The notes: generated by a model not told the origin, from the sequence alone. 64,000 nucleotides of DNA from Massalongia carnosa (GCA_965645245.1 OZ287077.1:1860001-1924000), one strand, 5' to 3'. Positions 9,167 to 23,319 are shown, counted from the first letter of the stretch. Numbers and translations: made by a program.

Positions 9167-12127
9167 TTAAAGGCTCATGGTAAGCCATTCCCATTCCTGC
9201 GTGCCGCCTCCTCCCGCCATAATACCAGGCTGGGCACTTCCGGTCATCATGCCTGTTCCGTGCAGAGTTGTCATGCTACCAGTTACGGCCATGGGCTGAG
9301 TTGGGGTTTCTTTCTTCTTAGGGTGTGGAACCGCAACGTTGGCGCCCATAATGTCAGCGTCGGCCATTTCGGCTTCTTGATTATCCGTTCCTCGACCGAG
9401 GTCCTGTTTCGAGTGCCTACGTTGGCGCTTTGGAGTAACGTTCGTTGCCGAGCGATTTGACGTGTTACTGGTTCCCAGCGAGGGTGCAGCTTTTGGAGGA
9501 GCCGCAGCAATCGGAATCACTCCGCCTTTGCCTGTGAGCGTACCCGAAGGTCCGTAGCTCGTAGGTGTACTACCTGCCGTCGATCCACCGTTTGCCGATC
9601 CATAGCCCGATGGGGGGGACGCCGAATCATTCAGGCTATGGGACTGCCCCGAAGTTGGCGTAGTTGCTGGCGTCTGCGGAATTGAATTCTTGCGAGACGC
9701 TTTCTTGGACGAGCGGGTGGACGCGGTCCCAACAGGGATTTGGTTCCCGCTGCCCCGATTGCGTTTTTTGATGACGTCTGTCTTCAAGGAGAGGGGGCGC
9801 ACCACCCCATGAAGTTTGAGAAAAAGCCCGCAGGCATTGCAAAGAGGATGACCTTCGGGGTTCCGGCGCCACAGCGGAGTGGTCTGTGTAAAGCAGTTCG
9901 TGCAGGTGGTTGGCACACCATTGTTGTCGCCATTCTTAGACCCGCCTGGACTGCCTGGGCGGGATGGAGCAACGCTGCTGAAACCGGATTCTGGAGGAGA
10001 ATTGGGCGAAGACTGTGGCCGAGTCAGTATGGCTTGCTGGCCCAGCTGGACCGTGTTTGGTGTTGATGCTGTTCGTGGGATTTTCTGCCTCCGTGAATCC
10101 ATTCCGCGAGTCCTGATATCGCTCACCGACGCCGTAGGGCCGTGAGTTCTGCTTAGACCACCACTTTGGGCCCAATCGGAGGGAGACGACACCATTTCCG
10201 TCCCGCCGATCGTGACCTGCTTCTTCGGTGGTCCCCCTGGATACCGAGCTGCCATATTGTTGAGATGCCCTCCAAGATTCATGTCCCATGGTATTCCGGA
10301 GTGCAAGTCAAGAGACGAGTCCTCCATCGGTGAGTAATCCGTCTGCATCATCATGGACCGATCGGGAAATGATCCTCCATCATCTTCTTCGTTGTCAGAA
10401 TCAGCGCCGAAAGAGAACATGTTCTCGTGGCGTGCCAAGTTAACCGCCGAGGATTGAGAGTTGGAGTATTCCGGATGCAACACTTGAGACGGATTCACAT
10501 GCTGTTGCATCGAGAATACCGGAGGGTTGAAGCTCGAGGTCGATCCGGTCCCGGCGGTTGTTACCGCGCTAAACATCGACTCGTTGTTTGGATTGTAAAT
10601 ATATTGGGGCTGGACGGACGTTGATAAGTTGGACGGTCGATTGGTCGAGTAATTCGGAATGGGCCGTTGATGCCTTGCATCCACATGATGGCGGTCGAAA
10701 AACAAATGCTCGTTTTCCAGCAAAGGTTGAGGGGTCGAGACACTGGAAGGGAAAGCGGATCCAGGCGGAGAACAGTAGTCTGACGAATTTAACGATGAGC
10801 CCAGCGGGGTGTTCTTGTATGCGGAGAAAGATCCATGGGCCACGATTGGGGATCCGGTGGGAGAGAAGGTAAAGTTCTGCTGAAAAGGTCCTGCGGAGTG
10901 AAGGATGGGATCATCGTTTATGTGGAAGGTTTCGATGTTGTATGGAACGTGGGGATATGTATTAGGGTGTAAATTGTAAGTCGGGTTGTGCGCAGACTGA
11001 TCTAGGGTGTAGTCACCGAGTTCGGGGTCACTGGGTATCATAATGCTGTTGGAAGGATTAACTTGAGGGGAGAACTCAGCAGCTCGTTTGCGAGACTAAT
11101 TTGTCGAACCATCAGCGCTTGCGTTTGCATCATCAGGTTTCATTGAAGACAAACCCGTGTCTCGTCAATGCTCGTTTTTCTCAGGCGGCGTTGGACGTAG
11201 TCAAATTCATGGTTTCTCATGCGATCGTGAGGATGAGGCGCCGAGGGGGGGAAGTGTGATGAATCTTGCATTTCTTTTTTGGTCTTGATCGGAATGGCGG
11301 ATGCCATGGCGTTCGACATGGTTGAGGCAACCTCAGTGGGCGGCGAAGGCGAGTTACCGGTAGGAGAAGCGACGGAAGAAGGGAAAATGTAATCGTCAAT
11401 GTTCATGGGGTCTTGCTGCGGGGTGTTGGAGAGATCGAGAGACTCGCGAAGCCTTGCAATCCCGGAGGGTGCGCTCGTAACCTGCTGGTTCAGTCTGGGG
11501 GAAGTTTTCGTCAGTCAGATTTCCACATGCCTTGCGCCACCCCTCCGCCGATTCAGGGTTCATGGCCTACCGTGCCTGTTCTCGCTCCTTGCGCTTTAAA
11601 CTCATCGCCATCATTCTCCAGGTCAAGTTTTCCATCCGCTCATGATTGGGCAATTGTGATTTCGTCTTGCTGTAGAGCTTCCATATCTGGGTAGCCAACG
11701 GATCCTTCTTTTGCATTTCATCCGGAGGGCCTAAATCGGCACTGGAAGCGTCGTCCCGCCAATTCGGGAAAACAGCTTCGTGGAGAAGCTCTGTGCGGGT
11801 TTGATTGTGCTGGGATGAGATATCCAGCTTGCCTCGAGTGCGGTTGCCTCTAAACCCAGATGACAGCGGCAATGGCGTCAAAGGCGACGGCTGGTTCAAC
11901 TGCGACAACAGCCGTTGTGGTGGGTGTGTTGAGTACGGTGATGATAGTTGCAGGTGTGGGGAAGGGAGTGAAGAGACGACATTTGCGCCATGAACAGCGC
12001 CTGACGAGTCTCCAATGATGGGGTCAAAGTGATTATTGGAGTGGGTGGCTGCATGTGCGGGCCCCCACGCGATCCTTTTGTATTGCGCAGTCGAACAACT
12101 CGGATTCCCTGTTGGATCTTGGAGCAT
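9167..12127 (-). CDS. areA: GATA-type nitrogen regulatory transcription factor AreA/NIT2 (3 exons)
   Basis: [17 protein letters not shown]...MENLTWRMM block, GATA finger [50 protein letters not shown], and diagnostic C-terminus EWEWLTMSL. Introns at about 11570-11494 and 11155-11097. Start codon uncertain. Confidence 0.97.
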
Positions 12128-15100
12128 CACCGTTCGTTTCACCTAATGGTCAAGGACGGATTTCACAAACACACCGCGCACCAACTGCGTGCTGTTTCTG
12201 TGGCCGCCTTTGCTCTAATTGTGAGATATCGAGATATCTTTGCCAGAATTAAGAAATGTTTGTGTGCGGGATAGGGAGAGGGAATTTTGGAGTGTACAGT
12301 CGGACGAGAACTTGATGGCGTCTGATTGGCCACGAACGGGGAGTCCTATATTTAAGGGAGCGAGAGGGAAAAGGTAGGCATTGGAAGGGCACTATGAACG
12401 CAATACGGCATCACAGTCCCTGCAGCCAATACAGGTTCTGTGGATGAGCCACGAAACACATCAATACAGCAGATACATATGACAAATTGTCTATTGACCG
12501 AAAAGCGAAGGCAGATGGCGACAAGTAGCCCATCCCCTCACCCATTTACCGACCAATGCAAGCAGAGTGGGAGTAATCCTTTCAAAGGGACGCAAGTCCA
12601 GTGGTAGGGGCTTTAGGGGGTATTGGGGGCTCGAGGTCGAGGGTACGCTAAGGTATGTGTGGGTGTACAGAGTACGCTGTTCAGAGTACGAAGTACGGAG
12701 GGTTTTGCAGGGTTTGGAGGGTTTAGCGTTCAGATCCGTGAGAGACTTTGCGTCTTCTATGCGTTAGCGTTGCATGCAGGCCTGTTGGGTGAAGCGGGAG
12801 TGATGGCACAAAAGGTGGGGGGCATCATTAGGGAAACGAAAGACCGGGGGGGATCGGAATCGGTTTCGCTTCGTTTGGTGGCCATTGAACTCCTACTCAA
12901 AGCAGGTAAACTAGTTTCTTGCGATAGCATTCACCTCGGGTCTCTTGTAAAAATTCACAGAATTCGCCCCAGTCTTGGCCGCCTGAGCTGACTTGTTGGT
13001 CAAGAGAAGGTACTCGGAACTCGGTACGGAGTACGGAGTACTCCGTACCGAGTGCTCCGTCACTACGGAGGTACTCCCTACCAAAAATTCGACTCCCCTA
13101 CCACCCCGCCTTTCCTCGAATACCCCCAAAGTCACCATGTTTCGCATCAATCATTATTTTTCATAGCGGGCTTTATGAAAAACTTCGCGGAACCAATAGG
13201 AAAGATGGAAAGACCGATTGGTACCAAACCCTTTGTACCGCCATTGCTCTAGCTTTCATGCCCCTCCATTCTATCTCTTCCGCGGTTGACCAACTCCTCG
13301 CAAGCGCATTAATGCAGAGAGGTCATATATATTCTGTAACATACGGTTAAAGCAAGTCAGATACTTCGTATACGTTGTTTACTTTTATGTGCATCGGCTT
13401 TTCTTACCCCTGCCTTTGAAACGTCAAGCCCACCCCGTGTTATGTACTCTGTAATGTACTCCGTTCACGGAGTACAGACTACAGAGTACAATAATACCCG
13501 ATCAGGCTGTACAAGACGTGCGCGGTACCTACCTGGCCTGCCCATTCCCTATGATATGCAGACCAAATCGAAGAAGCGGAAAAAGAAAACCTTGACCTCT
13601 GCGAAATGGGCGATCCGTCTACAGTGTACGGAGTCTGTACAGAGTATAGCGTCCAAGCATGAAGCAACCCACTGTCGTGCGACTTGCTCGGTAACCTGCG
13701 GACAAGTGATGAGGCGTTAGTTAGGGTGTTTAAATGCAGTGTTAATCCTCTCATGGACGATCGTCAGGGAACGTCGGCTATTAGACCCTCTCGGGGAAAA
13801 AGGGTGTGCCCTATTTGCCCCGATCCTCCCGGACTCGCTGGAGAATGGAGAACCTTCTCCGACCGAACGATGTTGATCAAGAAATATCTTCCACTCATTA
13901 TCCGCAAGCCAGCCACGGTTTTCAGCAATGCCATGAATGACGTACTACGTGGTTTTCACTTCTTTCGAGCGTTTTACAGTCCGACCTTCACTTCACCATG
14001 TACTCATTCACTGTTGGGTGCCTTGGCTGGATGGTTGATGATCGAGGAACTTTCAGATTGCTCGATGTAATAGCCTGGCGTCAGGGCAGTTGGAGAAGCT
14101 GTTGCCGTTATTGCTGGCTCGGTTGCTGCAGAGCGATAACGGGGTCCATCAAAAATCGCTTTAGTGTCGCCTTGACTGGTCTCATGTGGTGCTATCAGAA
14201 AAACAAAATTCCTGTGCAGTCGCTTTCTTCATTTTACACCTACGATCACCATTTTACCGATGAAAAGCCTCAGCACACGGGTGGGTCGCGGCATCCAACG
14301 TTATGCTCGAGCATTGCGGAATATCGAGTTTACGATAAGTGGTAGATCCAACCGAAAAGGCGCCCAACCCTAAATTTTGCAGATTTAATCGTACCATTAC
14401 TGCAGATTGTGACCAGAATGTATTTGCAAGCTTCGCGTTGATGATTGATCCCCACCGCTCAGGTCAAGCAGTGAGAGCGTCGCCTCCCACCAATCGCTAG
14501 GTTCCGATCGGAGGACAAACTGAGAGTTTTTCGCTTTGAGATGGCGTGCGGGACAGACAACCGAAACACTAAGGCGTTATTTTCCTGGTTCGCCTTAATA
14601 ACATCAATTTGTGAGTTGGTAGATATGTATATGGTATGAACATCACAAGGATTGCTAACTTCGTTTTGTGCCGTCTGGTATTGAAGGATTGTTGAGTGAA
14701 CAGGTATGTTTCTGTAAAGAAGTAAAAGAAGTAAAATTAGCACCATCCAGCAAGTTGGAGAGTTCTTTGGCAACCATCAGATACGGAGGATCATTCAAAA
14801 GGGTCTAAGAGGGAGGAATGAGTAGGAAAATAGCCAAGAACCCCCAAGCGGGACCATGTCCTCCGGCGCTATGTCCATGAATTCTCTGCAATGAGATCTT
14901 AGTATCCAAAACTTTAGAACCCTTTGAGGCTTCGTAAAGAAATAATAATTTGAGGGAACAAAAATTGCCGAATCTTTTTGGGAGCGGGAGAGGGTATTGA
15001 TTGAGGAAGTTGGTTGTATTTGCTGTAATAAGGATAGAAAGCTTGCGTTCGGCAGAGTAGATTCGGAAGATAATCGAATTCGGCAGTTACTGCTCCCTCA

Positions 15101-16456
15101 ATCGGAGATCAGAGTGAAACTTTGCACAACGAACGCCCTAAATACTGCCATTGGTGGCCATGTGCCTAAGTAAACTCCTGCCTGGGCTGCAAGGCACAAC
15201 GGTTGATACATATGCAAGAAGGCAAGCGTTAGTCCTGAGTAGTGTTAGTACGACGAGCGCCGTCGATTCTTAAAGTCCAGCCAAAGGTTTTTTCCTCAAT
15301 GCATAGCATTCATAAGATATTATACCACACCACATGGAACTTCAGTGATCCAGTCGTTGTTCGCTGCATTTGGTGGATCACTAGAGCGTAACAAATATGA
15401 TCCACGTTTCATTCTAATTTTCGTGCTGCGGTATTGAGCTACCGGCGCTAAACGTAATATGACAAGATATCGAGGTTTCCTGGCATGTCTTCGCTCTTAA
15501 TTATACTTTTAGAAGTCATCAGGTTTGGTGTGTGGATTAGGGATAGAAATGAACCAACAAATATTGTATGCCCCAACGGCGAGGTGTAATGTCTAATAAA
15601 TAAGTAAATTCAAGTGAGATTTTTCGAACGAAGAACCAAGGGAGGCTTTGCCTGCTTTTATACGGTCCAGACCCACGATATTGCAGAATCCTTCTGGGAG
15701 TCGAGACATCACTCAGACAGCTGGGCTAAGCGAAAGAAATTTCTTCAAGAATTGGCTGTAAAGCTGGGCGAAGAGGCATAATATATTTGAAAGCACGCCA
15801 TAGCTTCGAGTCCTTAAAGACTCCCTAACTTTTCTTATCATCTAAATCGCGTCATCAAATTCCGATCAAGAAAGAGCAAAAGTGCCCAATATTCGTCAGT
15901 CATCCTAAAAACTGCATGCAGAGTGCCGATCTATCTGTGTCGTTACAGCCGCAAACGAACAATCGTGGCCAGATTCGATCCTTGACCTACCAGTGAGCGG
16001 TCTGGGCCCATGGTTTAAATGCTGAAACAGCTAGCGTCTTACGGCCCACAGGGGATCTCCGGGGCAGCTGCATGCTTGAGATTGAGTTGAGCCCAGATGC
16101 ACCAAACGGATGAGCTCTTCCAACCAATAATGGAAAGACAAACTTATGCGCGCTTAATGGTGGATGATAACGAACTTGGTGGACGGCCCGTTGGGTCAGT
16201 GGCGAAGATGGTTTTGGATCTTATGTTTACGGGAACCAATAAGATAACTAAAGTTAGTTAAGCCAACCGAAAAAGCCAAAAGCCCCTATCGATTTTGAGA
16301 AGACTGAATGACAGATTATAAACCGTTCCTGTCATTCTCCGTTTCTCCAATGACATTGGTGTTGTTTCTCAGTACTGCTTTGCTTCTGCTTTGCTATATC
16401 ATGAAACAGAGCTCGCTTTAGGATCGTTTAAGCTTGCCTGGCTTCGCCTCGCGCCT

Positions 16457-17236
16457 TCATTTCACAGTATTAGCCATTCTTTTTGGATTATTCTCTAACC
16501 ACCCTTTCTCTCCTACTAGTCTTGCTGCGTCCACTTCTTCTTTTGTAACAGCCTGATAAATATCGGTTGGGATCCATCCAATATAAGCCCGGTCGCCAAA
16601 CCCTCCTATCCAATAAACCTCCTGCACAACGAGCCTTGCCCACCAACTATCGTGAATATTATTTCCTGGTGTCCACGCTTCGGCATCGGGGTGACTTTCA
16701 AAAAAGCAGGATCTAATCTTATGTTCCCATACCTCGTTTTGCGACAATGGCTCGATATAGCCAATTAAGCTGAAGCGGGGAAGGTTTGCAGGAGAGTAAG
16801 TATAGAGATCCTTTGATGGACCATGATCGGGAGGGGGTTGATAGCGCAGCGATAGCGTCACATTACTACCTGCGCGAGCATTCCTAAAGCTCGTTGCAAC
16901 GCTGATCGCGAGGAAGGTAGGATTATACAGATTTGGGTCACAGGACGCGTAGTAGTCAATGAGACCGACAGGAGACCCAGCAACACCATCTGGGCGGTTT
17001 TCAGAGTCCAAGTATGATGCATTGGATGTGCCAGGGAAGATGGTGGAAATAGTAGCGATGGAAGACAGCTTGAGAATCCGTCGTGCTTGAATTGCAGACT
17101 CGTGAATAGTAGGAATGCGGTAAGCAGTCGATGTAAGTTCTGGATTGGTGAATATGTGCTGCAGCGGTGAAATCGTGGCTAATGCTCGATGAAGGAATAG
17201 GATGAGCAGGATTATTAAGACGATGGTTGACAACAT
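16457..17236 (-). CDS. CREG-like / pyridoxamine 5'-phosphate oxidase-like split-barrel protein with N-terminal signal/anchor
   Basis: 259-aa single ORF: hydrophobic N-terminus, IPTIHESAIQARRIL, PRFSLIGY, HPDAEAWTPGN, and VYWIGGFGDRAYIGWI motifs. Confidence 0.85.
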   Translation of the reverse strand: MLSTIVLIILLILFLHRALATISPLQHIFTNPELTSTAYRIPTIHESAIQARRILKLSSIATISTIFPGTSNASYLDSENRPDGVAGSPVGLIDYYASCDPNLYNPTFLAISVATSFRNARAGSNVTLSLRYQPPPDHGPSKDLYTYSPANLPRFSLIGYIEPLSQNEVWEHKIRSCFFESHPDAEAWTPGNNIHDSWWARLVVQEVYWIGGFGDRAYIGWIPTDIYQAVTKEEVDAARLVGEKGWLENNPKRMANTVK

Positions 17237-17701
17237 GGCCGATCAGCAAAGAAAGATGGTCCTCGCAAAAACGCTATCAAACTAAGGGTTGATGTGCACT
17301 CTAAGTCCGTTACATAATCCAAACTAACTGCCCGGTAGGTTAGGCCTTGGCAGGTTAGGCCCCCCACACAACTGCATGCCAATCTTAATTGCCTTATCCA
17401 GTGGGAGGTTAATAGAATCTCTTTCATAAAATCTTCATTCCCTAGCTAAGATGGTAGCTATACTGAAAACACCGCCTAGATAATAGCTCTGCGGGGAGTA
17501 ATATCTGTATTCTTATCGTACATTATCTACTCCCTCTATACGATACAGCAAGTGTAGAGGAAAAGCAATAAATGTTGATAAAGGAAGCAAGTCCGAGAAG
17601 ATAGGAAGCAAATGCGAGGGATAGATTGTAAAAGCAAATCTACCCCGTTTTAAATAGCAGGAGCCGTTAATAGAGAGACATTCATGAGACATTTGTGCAC
17701 C

Positions 17702-20183
17702 TTAGATACCCGCAGATAACCCCAAATCGATTGGTCCATAATTCACATCTTGCCGAATGGTTATGAGATTTTTTGTAGCTAGTGCAAGTACATGATGAAG
17801 AGCTTGCGCTGCAACAATCTTGGTGTGCTGTAGAGGTGGCAACAACTCCTCAAAAAGGACGGACGGCTGAGGCGGGTTGATATCGTTGTTTTCTTCTTCG
17901 ATACGGAATAGCTTGTCAGAGATCTCGGCTTTAAGGTATCCTAGGAAATTATTACTCTCAAGATCAAGAGTAGCTCTCATCCATTGCGACTCGGCGGCAG
18001 TCTGTGTGCTGACGTCTGCACCTGGGCCGTAGAGGTGAAATTCCTCAGGCCCTTTGGAGCCTGAAACATCTTGACCACCTAAGAGCTCCTCGTCATCATG
18101 GTGAGTGGGCAGTTCGAGACTGCTATAACGTTCTAGTCCACGACCATGAAGTGGACTTGCATTAGTAACTCGATTGGCACGTCGATCCAAGGAGCTTGGT
18201 GGTCCAACCCCGGCGCCAATTATGGAGCTTAGACGCCCGCCACTAGCTGAGAATCCACCTACGCTACTAGGGAACCCAATCCCCCGTGCCACAGAGCCTG
18301 GACGTGATCTCATCGCTAAAGCACTGTTCCACGGAAAGGACTGATCTTCAAGCGCTAACTGAGCATCCCGACCCATCTCAATCTCCTGATTAATGTTAGC
18401 CAGAGCCTCAATCCAGAAGATATCAAGCTCACCTCAGTGTTCAGGATTGCTAAAGCCTCTTCGTCGTTCATTGGCAAGTTTTCAATACGGTCAAGTTCGT
18501 TCTCACCACCATCGCGCCTCCGTACCCGTCGTTCCTCGCTCCTATATGTAAGGTCCCCTTCTTCATCCCGGTCTCTCTTCTTCCCAGCCACGGAGACCGA
18601 AACACCCGTCAAAGCTTCCATCAGAGCATCGCCAGCAAACATAGATAATGGATTCTCTAAATGCGACCCTTTAAGGTCACGGCTAATATTTCCGAGACCA
18701 GATCCACCTACCCAAAAGGCGGCATTCCGTTTTGACAGTTTCGGAGCCCGACTTTGAAACTTGGTTTTGCTTTCATTTGCCATATTCGTAAGGTAATCAT
18801 TGTTCCAACGTGCCAGATCAGCATTGCGAAGTTCGGGCATGTCGTCATAAGGTAGTTCCTTTAGCGCTCGACGACGACGACGTAAAAGTGCTTCTGCGGA
18901 CGAAGAAGACGAATCCTCTTCACGTACTGCGGATGATGATCGGAAAATATCTGTTTTTACAGCTACTTGAGGTCCCACTTCCTGGAAAGCATCGGCCTCA
19001 GGAAGCATATTGTAATCATCGCCAGCGATGTCCAAATTCAGAGCCAGATCCCCAATCTCAGGAAGCTAGAAGCATCAGAGGTAATTCAGGTAAATTAAAA
19101 TATTTGGGCGATTACCTCTGGTTGGCCTGCTCCCAATACCCCTTGAAGCTCTCGGGATACTAGCCTACTTACCCCAGAATCATTCTCAGCTCTTGTGATT
19201 AAACGTCCCATTGCGGACTGGCTCTGTGGATTCTCTTGCTCGCCAGTCACAATCAGGTTTCCCTCTTCGTCTATTGTGAAGCCTGGGTCTAGATTGAACC
19301 CTTCTTCATCATTGTCATCAAAGATCCCTCCAGCTCCAGCGCTAGGCCGGATTGAAGCACGATCCTCATCTGGTAAGATGAATCCACCAAAGTCTCCTAC
19401 GCCTCCTATATCCGATGTAGGTATGATGAGTCCAAGAACTGATTCATCGGCATCCTTGTTGCTGGAAAGACTCGACCGCTGAGAATGGGGGGACAAGATA
19501 CTAGACCGACGCGAGGACTCGTCTGTGGATATATCGAGTGCGGATAAATCTATGTCCAGGCCAGGTAGAAACAGTTCCGGAAGGAAAGCTGGATCATCTG
19601 GCAGAACGAGTTGACCGGGCCTGATACTTTCTATCAGCGTTGAAGTTCGAACTCATCTTGTTTCATGATTACCGAGCCTTTCCTGCATTTGGATCTAGTT
19701 CCGCAGTCCGTACAGCTTTCAACAACGTTCTCAAATTGCTGTGGGCAGTCTGAGCATCTGACAGGATGTAGCCGCACTGTTCCGCAAACACGCGCGAGAC
19801 ACCATATCTTCCAAAGAGCAAGATAAGCAACTGGGCCTAGTATATAGATATGTAAGGCACTACCCACAGTAAGTTGCTCTGAAGCCGTAACGCCATTGGT
19901 GCCATAGGTTTGATGATAATCTCGCATGTCTTGGGAACATCAACATCAAGGATGGCTTTACGGTTGACTCTCTTCAGATTCGACTTCGATCCCAACGTAG
20001 CAACGAGCCTTTGAGCGTGAGCTAGATATCCTCCCCGTTCGAGGAGTCCCCCTTGGCTTACCAGACGGTTGCCACTCCCCCTTGGCGCGAGGTGAGAACT
20101 GCATCGCACCAACATCAGATATGCTACCCATTCCACAAGCAAAAAAGCGTGAGAAGTTACACACTCTCGTGACTATAGAACAT
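17702..20183 (-). CDS. rec8: Meiotic cohesin kleisin Rec8 (Rad21/Rec8 family), multi-exon
   Basis: Spliced N-terminus MFYSHE/LTSRQGGVATVW/LVATLGSK...PMALRLQSNLL/YGVSRVF. C-terminal winged helix FEELLPP...VAAQALHHVLALATKNLITIRQD...YGPI. Confidence 0.9.
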
Positions 20184-21118
20184 TGCGTCTCAATCTTCAA
20201 GGTTTCATAGGCGACCCTCGAGGGCTATATTTCCCACAGATGAGACAGATCCCACGTGTACGAGGCTTGTAAAACAAGACTATTACAGCGGTGAGAGGTA
20301 TGAAGTCTAGTACTCCATGATAATATAACAAGACATCGAAGAGCCATTGACGCGACTAAGAGTAGAATGCGGTAGAGCAGCAGCAGCCAAGTAGATCGAA
20401 GCTAATAGGAGATTAGGGCTTCTAGCATTGAAGTAGCTGAAGCTTCAAGACAAAGGAAAAAGCACATAAGTATTCCCTAATTTATATGGCAAGATCAACT
20501 AGGAATGAAGCCCAAGCTTAGCTAATCGAAGTTTATAACTTGCGATTGAGAACCCGGTCTGAGTGCGATTTCAATGATTGGGAGCAGACTGAGTTGGATT
20601 TGTGGCTCATATTGAGTGATAGAGAGAGGTTGGTAGTCACTTCACAGCATCTGCGGGAATCTTGAATGTTTAGCCATCCTCATGATACCGAATCATAGCG
20701 GGTACAAAACGATATGACAATGTGTATCTATGCATCTTCTTTGACCATAACAAGCCAGACTTTTCAGTACCAGTCCTACTGATTGATGAAACGTGCTTCG
20801 GCTTGCAATCTGTAATTCAGTAGGAAACTGCTTGTTTCTTTAGACTGGGAACAGTTCTATTCATAGGTACTGAAGACTGCTATCGCGTGAACTTTCCCAG
20901 GGTAAGTTTTATAATAACGTCGTCGTGGGTTCAGGGATATCCGGTCGCCGTTAGCAACCGGTGGCTGTCAACATTTCACTAATGAACGACGTCCCTCATT
21001 TTCCAGCCCCGTAGCGTCATTGACATGTTACAGCTTCCCGCATTCACTTGAGCTTGTCATCGTGAAAACTAATCCCTCAGAACAAGATCACCGATTCTGT
21101 TCAGAGCCTGTTTTAGTC

Positions 21119-23319
21119 ATGGCAACTACTGGAACTCCGCTTTCCCCAGGAGGGCCTGGTAGACCACAATTCTCCCTTCCAATGCCTCCTCCACTTTTGC
21201 ACACCCGGTCAGGCAACGAAATTCATGATGGGCCTTACACACCGACACAAATGGGCTTTACTTCACCATATTCGACTCCTCAGGGTAGTCCAAGCAAAAA
21301 CAAGCTTCCACCAGGCGCTACAGAGCTGCCGAATGTGTTTGAGAATACTATGAGGCTTGCTCCTGGCAGTCCCTCGAAGAATGGGAGGCAACAGCTTGGT
21401 GCTCATTCGCCGAATAAGAATAGCAGGCAAAGCTTTGACGAGTGCTACGATGATGGTGGATTACGTCAGGAGTATTCTGCTGGAACGGGAAGCCCAACGA
21501 GAAAATCAAACAAAGAGAATACGCCATCGGGCATCCGGCAGGCTAAGGAAGCCACCTATACCTCCAACCAAGCTGCGATATCTCGTCAAGAACCATACCA
21601 GACGAAGGAGTCATCCGAACCTACTGCACGGGGCCGGTACAATCCTCAGCGCGGCTTGACTCCAGAAGAGCTTGAAAAGTTGCAGCTCCCGAAAGTGAAA
21701 CGACTTGCGAATGTTACACAGCTTTGTACGTGACCCAAGGATGGGTATATATTCAAAAGCTAACATGATTTAGACTTCCTTGACCATTATTTCGATCTCT
21801 TGAGCTACGTGCATAACCGCCAGAATCGTGAGAACCTATTCACTTCTCAATTCCCCCCTCCACCAACTACTCCAGCCTCAGAGTATGACGCAGCACGGCA
21901 TAAGTACCTGGGCAGAGAGCGCGCGAACTTACGCAAACGCCGCACCAGGCTGCGTCATGGAGATTTCCAAATACTTACGCAGGTTGGGCAGGGTGGATAT
22001 GGACAAGTCTTTCTAGCGGCGAAAAAGGACACCCGCGAGGTGTGTGCCTTAAAGGTGATGAGCAAGAAGCTTCTTTTCAAGCTAGACGAGATTAGACACA
22101 TTTTGACAGAGCGAGATATCTTGACAGCTGCGAAGAGCGAATGGTTAGTCAAGTTACTATATGCATTCCAGGACGAAAAGAGTATCTACCTTGCCATGGT
22201 AAATATCCTACGCTCCTGAGACACAACCGAGCTAACCGAATTTCCAGGAATATGTACCAGGAGGAGATTTTCGTACGCTCCTGAACAACACGGGTGTGCT
22301 CCATAATCGTCACTCCCGATTCTATATTGCCGAGATGTTTTGTTGTGTGGACGCCTTGCATCAACTTGGCTACATTCACCGTGACTTGAAGCCAGAAAAC
22401 TTCTTGATTGACTCCACGGGCCACGTCAAGCTAACGGATTTTGGTCTTGCGGCAGGAATGTTGTCCCCAATCAAACTTGAGTCTATGCGCGTCAAACTGG
22501 AAGAAGTCGGTAAGATGTCAGTCCCGTTTGGTAATCCCATGGAGCAGCGCTCCGTTGCTGAGCGCCGGGAGGGCTACCGCACACTCCGAGATCGCGAAGT
22601 CAATTATGCAAAATCAATCGTCGGCTCTCCAGACTATATGGCACCCGAAGTACTGAAAGGAGAAGAGTATGATTTCACAGTTGACTACTGGAGCTTGGGT
22701 TGTATGTTATTCGAGGCTCTTTCGGGATATCCTCCCTTTGCAGGGGCCACGGTCGACGAGACATGGCAGAACCTCCGCCGCTGGGAAAAGGTGCTCAAAA
22801 AACCTAAATTTGATGACCCCAACTACTTTCTGAGTCATCGTACCTGGGATCTCATTACCCGGCTTGTCAACGCCAAGGCACGGCGCTTTCGCAACATTAA
22901 CGAAATATACAAGCACGCATACTTTTCCGAGGTGGACTGGAGCAAACTAAGAGAGCAGCGTGCGCCGTTTGTGCCGGACCTGGATGGTGAAACGGACGCG
23001 GGATACTTCGACGATTTCACGAACGAGAGCGACATGACCAAGTATAAGGAGGTGCACGACAAGCAGACCGCGCTGGAAAACATGGCAGACCGAGATGAGC
23101 AGATGGGCAAGGGGCTATTTGTTGGGTTTACCTTCCGGTACGTATAAGCTATTTTCTTTGAATTGACTCCATCGCATCGGCTCCGTATTTGCCAAAACTA
23201 AACCTCAAAAACTTACTTCTTAACCCAGACACCGAAAGCCAGCGATCGATGTCAACGGCAACAAAGGTAGCCCTCGCAAACCATTGCCAACGGACGGGAA
23301 TTTCGGCACTATCTTCTGA
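21119..23319 (+). CDS. sid2: NDR/LATS-family Ser/Thr kinase Sid2/Dbf2 (septation initiation/mitotic exit network), 4 exons
   Basis: Mob-binding region (FLDHYFDLLSY; GRERANLRKRRTRL), GQGGYGQV, HRDLKPEN, DFG, SIVGSPDYMAPE, hydrophobic motif FVGFTFR. Last exon ends NFGTIF-TGA at 23319. Confidence 0.96.

Noticed and set aside
9155..10872. Antisense and alternate-frame ORFs over areA (similarly over sid2, the Svl3-like gene, the cyclin and fum1)
   Set aside because: Shadow ORFs of real GC-rich coding sequence.
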